Positions 38,400 to 54,507 of a stretch of DNA of 64,000 bases are shown in pieces. Location of the stretch: NCBI GenBank assembly GCA_951406725.2, contig OX597818.1:8432001-8496000 (forward strand), given 5' to 3'. How positions within the stretch are numbered: position 1 is the first letter of the stretch; the number at the start of each line of letters is the position of its first letter. Source of the DNA: Octopus vulgaris (lineage: Eukaryota). The notes below the pieces were generated by a model. That model did not search any database. It was not told the DNA's origin and was given only the letters and a program-made list of their open reading frames with translations. The position numbers and the translations under genes are program-made.

Positions 38400-39260
38400 T
38401 TGGTTGAACGATATTTCTGCATCTAGCTAGATGCAAATGTGACCGAAACAGCAGGAGAATTCAAGGACAAAATAAAAAACAAGAGAGCAAACAGATGCAA
38501 GATAATGGAGGTACAAGGGTAATTCAGGCTAGAAACCGAGAACCACGAAAGTAAAGATCGCCGGCTTTAGGTGATGGGTAGGTACCTGAAAGGCGACATG
38601 GATACGCAAATTATATGCGCTCATGAATAAACTCATCCAACAAGCATGTTAAAAGCAAATATTGTCAGACAGCAAATACGGAATTTGCAAGAAAGGAGAC
38701 GATAGTATCAATCACATTTTGAGTGAGTGCATTATATTAGTACAAAAGGCATATAGACGCAGATTTGGTTATGTAGGCCAGAGAGGGTGGCTTCAAAACA
38801 ACAGAAAGGTGGTGTAAGCATAAACCAAAGACTGAGAGAGATAAGGACAGTTACCAGTTTGAGCGGATTTCGGCATGAACACCAACAATACTAACGGTGT
38901 AAGAAGACCGGCTATAACCAGTGAGGACAAAATAATGTATCAGTGTAAGATCCTCGATTTTACAATTCCCTATGAATTGAGAAATTGAAAAAAAATATGA
39001 AAATTATCATGATCTAGCTAGAACACTGAAGTGACTATGGAAGGGCTAGACAATAATTATTCTCTGGTAATCTTTGTACTTGGCATACAAAAAAGAAAAA
39101 TTGCTGCCTAAAAGAATTTAGAATTGAAAGTCACATCGTCGACCTGCAAAATGTACCATCCTATATTCTACATGAATCCTAAAAAAATATTCTTGAGATT
39201 TGAGGAGGTTTGCTGTCACCAAATCTCATGATAAAATACATGCTAAATAAAATAGAATAA
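38400..39260 (+). mobile_element. Highly decayed R4/Dong-like RLE C-terminus
   Basis: DSINHILSEC, RRP.I, ILDFTIP, KYENYHDLAR, IIPLVIFVLG remnants. Confidence 0.65.
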
Positions 39261-39269
39261 ACTAAAATA

Positions 39270-39520
39270 ATGACGGACTCTCCCGTCGAAGACAACGTAT
39301 GAGTGCTCAGATTTTTTTGCCGAAAGACCTGCAAAAAGTATTTGTTTATAATGATCAAATGCATGTGCTGTACATTAGCTCACTCACTACATCAAATTGA
39401 CGTTACCTGAACAGGTGCACGGTGTACCACGTGTCAGGTGTCTAAGTGATCACAGAGCAACTTTGGATATGTTTTGTTCAAGTACAAAACGCACAATACG
39501 GCCTAGGAACTTGAACTAAT
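39270..39520 (-). mobile_element. SINE fragment (family C, also 63790-64000)
   Basis: Shared gagcaa...atg...ttg.tcaag.aca.aacgc...ggaa segment. Confidence 0.5.
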
Positions 39521-39524
39521 AATA

Positions 39525-40430
39525 ATACATGGATGACTTTTTTTTTAAGATGATACCATGAAACAGAAAACCCTTCTAACAATTGTCAATAGTTTCAGCA
39601 AAGACAGATTGGATAAGCACGAGGTTGGAGAAATGTAACATTGAAATGAGGCAAAGAAATCAGCACTGAAAACACAGCACTCGACATAGGCAGAGTATTG
39701 GACAACAATCAGTCATACAAATATCTAGAAATAGATGAAAGAGCTAAAATACAACACACTGATATGAAATATAAAAGGAGAGAACACTACAGAAAAGTCA
39801 GGTTAATAGAAACACTGAACTGAATGCTAAAAATAAGATAATGAGACTAAAAATGTTAACCCTACCAGTTATATATTACAGCATCGACATAATAAAGAGG
39901 AAGAGTAGTGAATTGAGAATCTTACATAGAAAACCAGGAAACAATTAAGAGCATACCGAACTCACCTCCACAAGCAGACAGGGACAGAATATATCTACTC
40001 CGCTTAGAAGGCTGTCGCTGTCTGACACAGATTCAGAACTACGATAAAACAACAAAAGTTGAAGTAGAAAAATACTTTGAAACAGAAAGTTGAAAATTAC
40101 TACATCTGATAAAGGAACCTGAAAAGTGAAAAAAAAAAAAAGAAAAGAAAAGGAAACGCTTTTCTCTATGCATAGTAAGACAACACAATAGAAAACAGAA
40201 ACAAACTACACAGAAACACTAATCTCGGATAATAACACAGGAGAAATGGTGAATGAAACATGAAAACAGAAGTACAAAACAAACTAAAACAGAAATAGAG
40301 GAAAAAATCACCCCACGGAAAATATCCTGCAAAGCTTGACACAGAAGTGAATCTAGGTAAAAGCCAACAATGGATTAAAAGCTCTGAACTAAAGAAAGGA
40401 AAGGGTGGAGGCTCTGTTTTAAGGTGACCC
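39525..40430 (+). mobile_element. Decayed R4/Dong RT fragment
   Basis: YMDD, SYKYLEI, TELNAKNKI, RIYLLRLEGCR; collinear with 48260-49170. Confidence 0.75.
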
Positions 40431-43039
40431 CATGCAACGTGCATTTATACTGCCTATTCTGAGCTTGGTCATGTTTGTCAGAATGCAGGATTGTGAAGAT
40501 CATACTTCCTCCATATCTGTAGAAAGACAGATGATTTGTCCTTCTGACAATTTGTGGGTTTCTACACAAGCATTTATCTATTGAGTCTTCTGTTTATGGT
40601 TTCACAGAAATTTCTCAGTTTTTGGTATTACTTCCGATTTTACGTTAATGTATTTCAAATGCTGACACTTTGACTTCCATCTTTCCTGGCTCGATAATAG
40701 GAAGAGTTGAGCTCTGAATATAACCAAGGTCTCCACTTCACAAAGTTTTTTAGCCTTGTGTCTATAGTAGGAAAATTATTAAGTCAATAAGCTAGCTGAA
40801 TCTTAAGCAAGTCAGACAAAATCGTCATCGACTTTTCTTCTGGCTCTTTATTTCTGAAATCAAATTCCGTCAAAGTCGATTTCCCCTTCATTTGATGTGG
40901 ATAAAGTAAGTACCAGACACTTCCTGGTGTCGACGAGATCAATTTGCTTACTCTCCTCCATATTATAGGCCATGAGGTAATATTAGAATAAAAATATTAT
41001 TACTTCTGTTACTTTCACTTCAATTGGTAGTTCGGTGGGTCGGCAAAATAGTGTGATCATCACAGAAAAAAGCATTATGGTATCTCCTCACTTTCGCCAT
41101 TAACTTACTTCAAATTACTCTGAAGTGAACTTTGCCACTTATTGCTTTCGGGTCAATATTACAAATCAACACGAGTTCTGTACTTGGGTGGATGTTATGC
41201 ACAAATCTACAAAGTTTGCAGCCCATTTGCCAAGATTTGAATCAATATGTTTTATGACTATTTGGTTTTATTGCCTTATATCAATTGTTTAGTTTATTAC
41301 CCTGGCACGCTTGTCTAGTCAAAAAACAAATATTAACTATTTCCTTGTCTCTTAATTTGAATTTGCTACTTGCTTCCATTTAATTGGAGGCAGGACATTT
41401 AAAAATAGTAACAACAACAGCAGCGATAATCATTTAACTAATAAAATTTATTAGACGTTTCTTCCATGCTGCCTTCCAAGTTTTCTCAATTTATATCTTT
41501 CGTAACCATGACAATTGAGAAATTTTATTTTTAGATTTTTTTTCTGTTTTCAATCCTCCACCCACAACATTAAATCCCTGTCAACATTCTTTGCTTGCCT
41601 ATGTTTTATTCATTAAAATTATGTGTATGCTTTACTCCCACCACTTCTCCCTTAGTATTGAGCTAACAGAGTCTGATTATTTTATATCCTAGCATTAACT
41701 AACAAGGAGAAACATCAAGTAGATAAAAAGAAATTAGCGTGCGTTTGCTTAGTTTTCTGTTTCTCTTCTCCTTTCCCCTTTAAATATTTTCCTCTAAATT
41801 ACCCACGTAATTTAATTTTTATTTTATCTTTCAATTTGTTGATTGGGTGTAGACATCTGCTTTTTATTCCTTAACTGAACCAAATGTAGGCAGTGACTGC
41901 AATCACCGCTGTTTAATTCGGTGACACCATTGACAATATCAATTGTGACAAACAAGGTAAACAGCAATAAAAGTGACGTGAGTGTAATTAAATAATAACT
42001 CATTTGCAAATTAGCTGAGGATTCGAGGTAAAAGACCAATTAAGAAGGTTGTCAACTTGTTTGTAAAAACGTCATTGGTCTGAAAAGTGGACATCCTAAT
42101 TGGACAGACGTAAACTCGATGCAGAGACATGGTGATATTTTGTAATGAGCTTTAGTATTGTTGGACAGATTCCATTTTCTGTTGTGTTTTCCCTTGTTAA
42201 TGGGGGATGCACTTTTAAAGAAAATGTGTACGTGTAAGTCTGTGAGCATATTTAAATTTGTGTGTGTAAGTCGTGTTGACAATAATATGAAGTTTTACAC
42301 AGATAACATTGACGCGTATGTTGTGCGTGCTATTGGTGTGATATTTAACATGTCATCGGAGCCTGGTTGTAGGACCGCAATTTAAGATCTGCTATATTAA
42401 ACACACCATCGCATGCTGGTACAAAACACTGGTTGATTAAAATGGCATTATTTTACTAGCACTTTATTCTATTGACCATGGAAGGAGAGTATTGTCCAAC
42501 AGATTAGAAATTAGTTGGATTTGTATAATTTAGTTCATCTCAAGTTTTATAAATTTGGTCTGTGTTTAATCGTTTTGTTTGATTTACGTTTATTGTGTAC
42601 TACTTCACATTCACTTTTGCAATTATTTATGATGTTTGCGATTCTTATGGGATTTACTAGTCACTTTCATTATTGATTTTTTTCTCTTCTTTGTGTTGCA
42701 GATTTGCGGTTTTTATCATAGTTGTTCGTGGTACTGCTGATGTTATTATTGCCGATATAGTCACATGAGTAAATGTATTCTAACTAAAGCTATTCCTTAA
42801 GCTATGCCAGTATGCAGCACGGGATATTTTCTTCAGTATAGCGGAATTTTCAATAATTTGATGTTACGTAATTTAACTAAGCCGTTGATCAATTAATCTA
42901 AACCTGCATAGGACCTCAGTTGTTTTGTGTTGATAGTAAGATCGAATATGAATTATACATAAGTGTCTATGTACCTATAGATTTCCACTGCAAGTAATGT
43001 AGGATACATAAAAGAAAGACATACGAAAGACAAAAGGCT

Positions 43040-43250
43040 GAATGATCAAAAACAAGGCCTGGAATTTTCGTGGGGTTGTTGCTAGATGATTATATTAACC
43101 CCAGTGCACAATTTGAACTTATTTCATCGTCACCGAAGGGATGAAATACAAACTCGACCTCGACAGTTTTTAAACTGAAAACGTAAAGATGGACGAAGTA
43201 AAGTTAAGCATATTATCCAGAGCGATAACGATTCTGCAAACTCGACATAA
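43040..43250 (-). mobile_element. tRNA-derived SINE (family B; relatives near 40790, 41030, 43950, 57130)
   Basis: Shared cgacctcg...tgaactc...aaagacggacgaa...aagcat...acgattctgc segments. Confidence 0.65.
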
Positions 43251-43259
43251 TAAGGATAA

Positions 43260-43840
43260 TAAGTCTTGGTATAAACCATGGTTTAGAGCAAATATTCTGC
43301 TCAATTTATCTTGGTATAGTAGATGGGCTACAGCAAATATTCTGCTCAATTTGTTTTGGTATAAAAGATGGTCTACAGCAAATATTATACTCAATTTGTC
43401 TTGGTATAAAAGAGGCTACAGCAAATATTTTGCTCAATACCACAGATTTGCCTGTCCCTTGGTGGCTGACGATATGTACATCTCTGATCACGAGCAGAAG
43501 CAGTAGGGAAACGCCATAGCCATGCATTAAGAGGAAATCCTTGGTGTTTGAATAATTCACCATTGGAAGCATGGGTGTTCCAAAATCCTTAAGCAAACCT
43601 TATTTTAGATACATTTTGAGCGGGATAGGCTGCTCATCCTAAAAAGAATTCTAACTGGGCTCCACCTGCAAGGTCATGTGCTGTTTTTATTAATAGAAGA
43701 TTACCATGTTGCACACATATGAATGTGATTCATGTGCCTGTTGAACCCTTATCAGAAGCGTAGTCATGATATGTATACTGGGCTTTATATATTTTATCCT
43801 CGTGTCATTTTGATGGCACTCACTGCTCTCTCACTCAATG
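43260..43840 (+). mobile_element. Non-coding interspersed repeat (family D) with ~4 internal 47-bp tandem units
   Basis: tcttggtata...ctacagcaaatattctgctcaat repeated; collinear with 59620-60147. Confidence 0.75.
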
Positions 43841-44639
43841 ATGATGATGATGATGAGGAGGAGGAGGAGGAGGAAGGAGGTGGGAGAGGAGAAGAAGGAA
43901 GGAGGAGGAAGATGATGGTTAGTTCTGTTCAACACAGAAGGACTGTGGTGACCGCAGTACCTGATTAGCACTATATTTTATCGACCCGGAAAGAAGAAAA
44001 GATAAATTCAACTTGCCGGGATTTGATGAGTGAACTTTAAAACATCCGAACAAATACTAAAAGGTGTTTTGTTTGACATTCGAATTATTCTGCCAAACAT
44101 TCCTTTGGTACGGAATACAAACAACATGAATAGTGAAGATTCACCACAGAAAACACACATATGTTTGAATGTATCTACTATAAATAATACTTTGAAAGGG
44201 AATTTACAATAGAGAGAAAAAACATAAAACATACTATTAAAAAGTAAGCTTTGGGGATTAACCTGTAAATTCGGGTTAATCGATAAAATCATCAGAAACA
44301 TTTTGACAGCCCTTTTTAGATTACTAAGTATGAGAAACAAAATTGATTATTAAACGCGTACGTAGTAACAATAGAACATGTAGAAACACTTGCCTAAAAT
44401 ATTAGACTGCTTGATTTTAAACAGCTGCGATGAAGGCAATAGTCCGGATACTAATATCATATTAAACTATTGGAGTTTATTAAAGTTTAAAATGCTGCAC
44501 TGCCATGTAACTTCGATCTACAACAGGCTCTTAAACAATTCAAGAAGCGTACTAATATTACGCCTTACCTGAGTGTTCACTGTGATCATTACGGAATAAT
44601 TAACAAATGATCTCTCTACCGATGACTCTACCTCTTGCT

Positions 44640-45080
44640 TTATTCTTTTATTTGTTTGAGTCATTTGACTGCGGCCATACTGGAGCGCCACCTATAGTCG
44701 AGCAGATCGACCCCAAGATTTATTCTTTGAAAGCCTAGTACTTATTCTAGCGATCTATTTCGCTGAACTGCTATGTTACGGGGACGTAAACACACCATCA
44801 TCGGTTGTCAAGCAATGTTATGGGGCACACACAGACACACAAACATATACACACACGTAAATATATATATATATATATTTATATATACATATATGCGACG
44901 GGCTTCTTTCTGTTTCTGTCTACCAAATCCACTCACAAGGCCTTGGTCGGCCCGAAGCTAAAGGTTTCCCAAAACGTTTTCCCAAGTTTTCCCAAAATGT
45001 TTTCCCAAGGTGTCACGCTGTGGGAATGAACCCTGAACACTGTGGTTGGTAGGCAAGCTAATTACCACGCAGCCACTCCT
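44640..45080 (-). mobile_element. tRNA-derived SINE (family A)
   Basis: Collinear with 23935-24280; head aggagtggctgcgtggtaa...gggttcattccca. Confidence 0.8.
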
Positions 45081-46712
45081 AAAAATCTACTGAAATAACT
45101 ACATTCTATATTTTTCCTCAATATGCTGTCTTAGATTAAACCCATGTTATACAGGATAGTTGAACAGATATTTCTTAACATGAGAGAACTAGAAGATTCT
45201 ATGATATAAAGTCTGCAAAGCGATACCAAACAGGCATCAGAAACAAGCCATCATCCCTCGATTTATTAGCAGGAGCAGTCACAACTACAACGTACAAGAC
45301 AAATATCGCATATGTTGAGAATTCCGCAAGGAAATACGCCTCTCGTTATCAGAATACAATAATACAATTTAGTTTATATTCTCAAGAACTGTGAATTATA
45401 GACGTTCAGATCCAATAGGATGCATTGTCTGACGAAATGGTTCTGTGGCATTGACATTACATTCTAATACAATTCAGTGTATCAGTATCTAGAAAATGCT
45501 CGATATATGCGATATTTATCGTTCATAGTTTAATTATTGTGAAAATTCCTTTTAATATATCTTCTAATGTCAACCTCTTGCATGGAGATCGCTGTTGATT
45601 TTGCAGTCCCATTCAGGGTCTGTTTTGTACAACTAGGACAGATATAGTATTATATTTATGTATGACATATCAATATGCCCCACATATTTATACCTAAGAA
45701 TCAATAATACAGGAAACGCTGTTAGATTCTAACACTACGTTATTCATATAAGTCATATATGTCATATAAGTCATATAAATCATAAGTCACGAAAATAACT
45801 AAATAATAGTGTTTTGAAGAAGAGAAAATGCAACTCATGCAGCGCAAATGTGAGCTGAAAAGACCAAAAAAAAAAATTAATCCAATTTCGCTGGTCAACT
45901 AAACATTTACCAGCAGTAAATTATATTCCCACGATAGGTTTTGTAAGCTGTAACGTGACAAGGGCGATTCACATTCATTTCTATACGTATGTTGTCAAAA
46001 TGAAGAAAAGCGGTTTCTTGTCCATTTGTCCATCTGCTTTTGTTTTGTTTTGTTTTTTTGAGTGGGGTACACAGACTTTAGTTCGCAGTGGTTATAATAA
46101 TGAAATTTCAAATATAGAATTTTATTAGCACTTACGGGCATACACACAATATACGCGCGCACACAAACAAGACACAAAGAGACACAAAGAGACAAACAGG
46201 CAGAGAGACAGACACACACAAATTTATATATATGTGTATATAAGATTTTAACCGAGTTTCAAGCACGAATTTGAAATGACATCTATTATATGACTATGAG
46301 AATCGAGATTGATAAGATTTTTGAAATGAGAGGTTTGATAAATGAATGTATTCGAAGGAAAATTAGTAAAATAAACGACAAATAAATCGGTTAATTCAAA
46401 GAGAGAAAAGGAAACAAGAAATGTAGAATGACTTGCTTTACCTTTTTATTCATAGGCATTAGTGGATGTTTCTTCCTTGATTTATAAATTCAGAAATGTA
46501 CAAACAACTTCCTCTCAATTCTACTCTTTTCCTACTTCGAGTTGCAGTAATAACCCCAAAGGGAAGTATGTATGCATATATATATATATATATATATATA
46601 CATGCACACAAACATATATATATATATATATATATACATACATGCACACAAACATCTGTATATATATACATGTGTGTATTTATGTATTGTTGTGGGGACA
46701 ATAATAATAATA

Positions 46713-46787
<75 letters not shown>

Positions 46788-46788
<1 letters not shown>

Positions 46789-49700
46789 TTGACCCAACAG
46801 AAGTACATGAGCTAAAAAATCAAATCATGATTGAATGGCTGAAAATTAAAGAAACCAGCATGGATGAACGTGATACACTTCCTAAAATCCGCAACTCTAA
46901 CCAAAACATGAAAATAATTGGTAAAATCCGGCTTGCACTTAAGGATATAATTTCAACTAATGATGTTGATATCACAAACCTTAACCACCTATACTATGCA
47001 TCCGCGAAAATCTCAACGATCCTATGTGGTGTAAAGATTAGAAAACGGCAACATTCCCACAAAAAGCCTTCTTGGCAAGAGCGTCTGCAACAACAAATTA
47101 AAATATTTAGATCTGACGTTGAATATTTGAAAAACCTTAAGGCTCACAAGACTACCAAACCTACAAAAACCCAAAAGTTACTGAAAAAATACAATATGAA
47201 AACTATACTTGATATTGATGCCACTATAGAAACCATCAAACAAAAGGTATCTGCCAAAGCTGCCCGCATAGCGAGGTATGAAAAGCGTGTTAGATTTTTC
47301 AAGGACAACAACATGTTCAAAAATAACACCAAGAATTTTTACAGGAAGATAGGAAAAACAGCGTTTACTGCAAGGTCTGTACCATCAAAAGAGGAAGTGC
47401 AGGGATTTTGGAATAAAATCTGGGCAGAAGAAAAAACACACAACGAAAAGGCCCCCTGGATTGACAGAATATCTACAGAACTGGACCCCTTAGAAGAGCA
47501 AAAGTGGGAGGGTGTCAAGGTAGAAGATATAAGATCTGCTCTCAGGAGGTCAAGCAAATGGAAGTCTCCAGGAAAGGATAAAATTCCCAACTTCTGGCTG
47601 AATGCCTTCCCAGAGAGCCATGAACTGCTAACAGAACTGTACAATGATGTTTTGCAACACCCTAGTAGGATGCCTCCATGGCTAGTTAATGGGTTAACAT
47701 TCCTGCTTCCAAAAAGTGAAGAAACAAATGAACCAAAAAACTATAGACCCATAACCTGCTTAACAACTATGTACAAAACACTAACATCTGTCCTGACGGA
47801 ATATACCTATAGTTTTTTAGCAGACAGCAGCATATTCCCTAATGAACAGAAAGGATGTAAACGTGGATCCTACGGCTGTAAAGACCAACAACTCATCAAT
47901 AAGATGATCTTAGAAGATTGTCACAAAAGACACAAAAACTTATCAATAGCCTGGATAGACTATAAAAAGGCTTTTGATAGCCTACCACATAGCTGGATTA
48001 GGAAATGCCTGGAAATGTATAAGATAGCACCTACTCTGCGAAACTTCTTGACTGTAAGTATGAGATCATGGAGAACCACACTAACTCTGAACAGTGACAA
48101 TGAATCCCTAAATGCTGGTGATGTAAACATTTCGTGTGGCATTTTCCAGGGTGACTCACTGTCACCACTTCTCTTTTGTTTATCCTTAATATCTCTCTCA
48201 AAGCTGCTCAATGACGCGCAGTACGGGTATAAAATGTTTGATAAAAATATAAATCATCTCGTTTACATGGATGATTTAAAGCTTTTTGCAAAAAATGATC
48301 AACAACTCAAGGGCTTACTAGCGATAGTCAAACAATTCAGTGACGACATCAGAATGCAATTCGGCCTCGATAAATGTGCAAAGGCTACCTTTATCAAAGG
48401 AAAAATGACAGAAACATCAAACGTTAACCTTGACCAACAGAATGTCATAAAAGAACTGGACCCAGCGGAGAGCTACAAGTACCTAGGGGTAATTGAAGGG
48501 AACGGAATAAGGCATTCAGAGATGAAGGAAAGGATCAGGAGAAAATGCTATAGTAGAGTGAGAGCAATACTCAAGACAGAGCTGAATGCAAGAAACAGGA
48601 TCGAAGCGATCAATGCATTATCCATACCAGTCGTGACTTACAGTTTCAATATTGTTAACTGGTCAATTACTGAAATATGTCAGCTCGACAGAAAAATAAG
48701 GAAACTGTTGACAATGCATAGAATGCACCACCCTAAGGCAGATACCGAACGACTCTATCTGCCAAGAAAAGAGGGAGGCCGTGGTCTTTTGCAACTGGCA
48801 GTAACAATGAAGATTGCTACAATTGGCCTAGACACCTACCTGAAAAACTCTGAGGACTGGATGTTAAAACTTGTCTCAAAACATGAAAACAAGAAAGCAT
48901 CACACTCAGTCACAAAACAGGCAAAGGAATATCTAAGTGAATTCCGAATACAACCAATTTCGGAATTAGAGATAGATATACAAGAAACAAGCACAGAAAA
49001 AGCTAGACGCATGAAAATCCGTGCCAAATCTGCGGCCTTAGATATTCTGAATAATAAATGGCAAGAAAAACCTCTCTATGGCAAATACCCAAAGAGAGCG
49101 AATAATGCAGATATCGACAAAGCCCTGACCCATCAATGGCTAATGGCCTCTGGCTTAAAATCTGAAACAGGGGGGTTTATCATAGCAGCTCAAGATCAAT
49201 GGCTACCAACAAGAAACTACCAGGCCAACATATTAAAGAACGGCAGTAGCCCAACATGTCGTGTATGCCGACAACAAAATGAAACCATTGACCATGTTGT
49301 CTCCAAATGCAGTCTTCTAGCGCCTACAGAGTACCTCAGTAGGCATGATAGAGCTGCACAATATATTCACTGGGTAATTTGCAAAAACCTGGATTTGCCC
49401 CATGAAAAAAACTGGTGGGAACACAATCCACCTCCAGTGCTTGAAAATGACCACATCTCACTCCTCTGGAACTTCACCATTCAAACTGACAGGAAGATAG
49501 ATGCAAATAGGCCAGACATTATATTGAAAGACTTCAGACAAAGAACATGCCTCCTCATTGATATGACTGTCCCAATCGATATAAACGTATCTGTCAAGAC
49601 CTACCAAAAACTGAGCAAATATGAAGATCTTGAAATAGAAATCAGCAAAATGTGGAAGCTGAAGACTAAAACAATACCTGTTGTCATAGGTGCCCTGGGA

Positions 49701-49823
49701 ATGATAGCGAAAAGGACTGATTGCTACCTAACTCAGATACCAGGAAACCCCAAAATGGCAGAAATTCAAAAGATAGTGCTCATGGGAACTGCTCATATCC
49801 TACGCAAAATACTCTCTATGTAA
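46788..49823 (+). CDS. RT-RLE polyprotein of the Dong/R4 element (uninterrupted ~1010 codons, N-terminus missing)
   Basis: WKSPGKD, NYRPITCL, IDYKKAFDS, GIFQGDSLSP, YMDD, CRVC..ETIDHVVSKC, RHD, RPDII..DMTVP..KLSKY. The ORF-track start at 46572 is a microsatellite artefact. Confidence 0.9.
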
Positions 49824-50027
49824 TCCCAAGGTTTAAAACAAACTTTTTATTTATTTATTTATTTTTTTAATGTATTAGACATTCACTAGTACAACACCAA
49901 AAAAAGAAAAAAACATACAAAAAAAAACCGAATATATGGCACAGAACTTCCAACCTGTTGTCTCTTGAGGTCTCTGGGTGAGACTTGGTGCCAACTTGTA
50001 CAGACATAAAGCAAAAGTCAAACATAG
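46788..50027 (+). mobile_element. Dong/R4-clade non-LTR retrotransposon, 5'-truncated, inserted in (AAT)n
   Basis: (AAT)n on both flanks; RT plus CCHC plus restriction-like endonuclease; ~200-bp 3' UTR. Confidence 0.92.
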
Positions 50028-50037
50028 AATAATAATG

Positions 50038-51562
<1,525 letters not shown>

Positions 51563-51588
51563 CATACACAAACATATATATATATATA

Positions 51589-52170
51589 CATGACTGCACT
51601 TTTATTCTTATATTTTTAATCTTCACATTTACGAATTTCCTCTTTCTCACATTACCACATTATTTACTCTTTTTCCTTTGTTACAACGTTTTAGCATCTT
51701 GGTTTTACAGTGTGCTTTCACGTGTTCAAGTTTTCCATAACGGAAATATTCCAGTTTCTTAAATGGGCAGTTTATTTCCTCAAATGTAGACTTCCACTAG
51801 CAAAACATGAGTTTTTTTTTTTTGATTTTTGTCCTTTTGTACTGTATTTTTGCACACAGTTGGTTTCAATTCTGCCTGTTTCGTACTTGCTTCACTTCGG
51901 AATAATCGTTATGTTCAATTTTCTCTGCGTCGTACCTTAGATTTCCTCTTCTTTCACACTCTTCTTACACTTGTAATGTTACAGCTTGATTTTCTTCCAG
52001 CTTAGCGAGAATTCTTGATCTTAATCCCGTGTCTTTTTCTGGAATTTGGCCGTTCCAGTCAACGCGATTTTTTGCATTTCCTGTAGGGATGGTAAGCCTG
52101 GTATCATATTCAAATATGTTTCAGTACCGATTTTTATCATTCCTAGAGTTCCTACAATCAATGTTACTGT
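51589..52170 (-). mobile_element. 3' end of a Dong/R4 family B copy in the opposite orientation
   Basis: LIVGTLGMIK...IPGLPSLQEMQKIALTGTA plus 3' UTR; terminal ~54 bp match 51457-51510. Confidence 0.8.
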
Positions 52171-52177
52171 ATATATA

Positions 52178-53340
52178 TACGAGGGGGTGTATGAAAAGTC
52201 TTGAGCCTGGAAGAAACAAAACATGGTACAGGGCCTTTGATGATTTATATTTCAACATAGTCCCCATCGCTGGCTACACACTTTCTCCTGTGGTGCTGAA
52301 GCGCTATTATCCCGGCGTAGACTCCAAGAAACTTCCTACAGCATATATGACCTCATTGTCACTGGCAAACTGGCGACCAGCTAGGGCTGTTTTTCATTTT
52401 GGGGAATAGATGAAGGCGGATGGGGAACAAGTTCGTATCCACAGTCTCGAAATGTTGCCATGGCAACCACTCAGGTGTGGGCTGGAGCATTGTCGTCATG
52501 AAAAAGGGCTCCTCTGATGAGCATTTCAGGCTTTTTTTAAAATTGTTTCTTGGGGGCGTTTCAGTATCTGAGATTAATACAGCCTTGTCACGGTGTGACC
52601 CTTTTCAAAGTAATCGATCAGTAAGACACCTTGAGAATCCAAAAATAACGGACGCCATGATCTTGCCGGCTGAAAGAATGACCCTTGCATTCTTTGGGGT
52701 TGGAGAAGATGTTCTTTATTTTCTGTGATTGTTCTTTGGTTTCAGGCTGGTAGTGATGATCCCAACATTTGTCTATAGTGATGAAATGAGCAAGAAATGC
52801 ACTTCATCAGCTTCAATCAGTTCATGATTGCTCGTGGACAAAGGACACCTGGCTCGTTTTTGTTCATGAGTCAAAAGGCGAGGGATCCCCTTGCGGAAAC
52901 CTTTGAGAACCCAAGTTCTTTTGTCGCAATGTTGTCTGATCTTTCATTTGAGATGCCCAGTTTCTCGGCTATCTTATGACATGATATTCGGCGATCTTTC
53001 ATTAATATACGAAGAGCAATGTCAAGGTCGTTCTCTGTGGTAGAAGTTGCAGGTCTCCCTGGTCTGGGATCATCTTTCACACTCTCCTTGCCACGCTTGA
53101 ATTCATTTATCCAGGGTTTGACTTTTACATATGAAGGAGCTTTGTCTGTTAAGGTTCTCATCATATCTTCATAGATTTCTGATAGAGTCATGCCTTTCAA
53201 ATGAAGATAACTTATGACTGCACGATACTCAATTTTCTACATTTTCCTTTTAACTTCGACACTTGTTTTTTAAAAAATCTGAAATAAAAAAATAAAAATA
53301 TCAGAATCATGAAAACGAACAAGTTCCAAAAATTTCCTTC
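52178..53340 (-). mobile_element. Mariner transposon, decayed
   Basis: TA-cgaggg...aaaagt TIR; HTH APSY..VK.WINEFKRG..SVKDDPRPGRP; FSKVSAR; RQFASDNEVI. Confidence 0.85.
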
Positions 53341-53581
53341 TTCATTATTTCATTGCTTCACTTATGCGAATTTAAGAGAAAAGCCGTGAACGAAACGAGA
53401 TTGTTTTCAAAATGGAAGCAAACTCCATTTATCATGTGATCGGCTTGAAAGATTGTTAAGACACTTGTTGGATATTTTCCCATTCTTCTTAACATGAAGC
53501 TAATGGTAGTCTTAATTCACAGATAAAGGTTATATATATATATATATATATAAAAAACCATCCACACATACATACATACAC

Positions 53582-53628
<47 letters not shown>

Positions 53629-53640
53629 TATATATATATT

Positions 53641-53692
<52 letters not shown>

Positions 53693-53922
53693 ATAGAAAT
53701 ATTAAAATTACTAAGTCTCTCTAAAAGAGAACAACGGCAGCGTTCCCGGAAAATATTAGTTATCGCCATACTAATATGGCATTCTTATAAAAATAAGAAT
53801 AAAGCTGTCCGCTTATTAGCTCCATGAGGCCATCGCCTTAAGTTAGCTATTTGATACACAAACTGTATCCATATAACCTTTGAACAAAGGGAGGTCAGTC
53901 GCTCCACACTACTTGGCCGGCA

Positions 53923-53964
53923 GCTACAGACGCGTTTCGGGGTATTGCCCCTTTTCAATGCAGC
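53923..53964 (-). ncRNA. Minimal type-I hammerhead ribozyme, U3-A8 variant
   Basis: Exact reverse complement of 54466-54507. Confidence 0.85.
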
Positions 53965-54465
53965 GTAGCCAGACCAGTAGGTGTCACTTCTGACAATCTC
54001 TGTTTATTTACCTAGATTCGGTGGAATACATCCACTTGTTTTCAATAATAGAAATATTAAAATTACTAAGTCTCTCTAAAAGAGAACAACGGCAGCGTTC
54101 CCGGAAAATATTAGTCATCGCCATACTAATATGCGTCTGTAGCTGCCGGCCAAGTAGTGTGGAGCGACTGACCTCCCTTTGTTCAAAGGTTATATGGATA
54201 CAGTTTGTGTATCAAATAGCTAACTTAAGGCGATGGCCTCATGGAGCTAATAAGCGGACAGCTTTATTCTTATTTTTATAAGAATGCCATATTAGTATGG
54301 CGATAACTAATATTTTCCGGGAACGCTGCCGTTGTTCTCTTTTAGAGAGACTTAGTAATTTTAATATTTCTATTATTGAAAACAAGTGGATGTATTCCAC
54401 CGAAGCTAGGTAAATAAAACCTTTGAACAGAGATTGTCAGAAGCGACACCTACTGGTCTGGCTAC

Positions 54466-54507
54466 GCTGCATTGAAAAGGGGCAATACCCCGAAACGCGT
54501 CTGTAGC
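54466..54507 (+). ncRNA. Minimal type-I hammerhead ribozyme, U3-A8 variant
   Basis: gctgca TTGAAAA GGGG caata CCCC GAAAC GC GTC|tgtagc: 6-bp stem I, 4-bp stem II, palindromic ACGCGT helix III, predicted cleavage after 54501. Confidence 0.85.

Noticed and set aside
43260-43440. Regularly spaced 47-bp repeats resembling a CRISPR array
   Set aside because: No unique spacers, no cas genes, eukaryotic context; simple tandem expansion.
46572-46787. N-terminal extension of the 1083-aa ORF
   Set aside because: Read-through of (TA)n and (AAT)n flanks, not part of the element.
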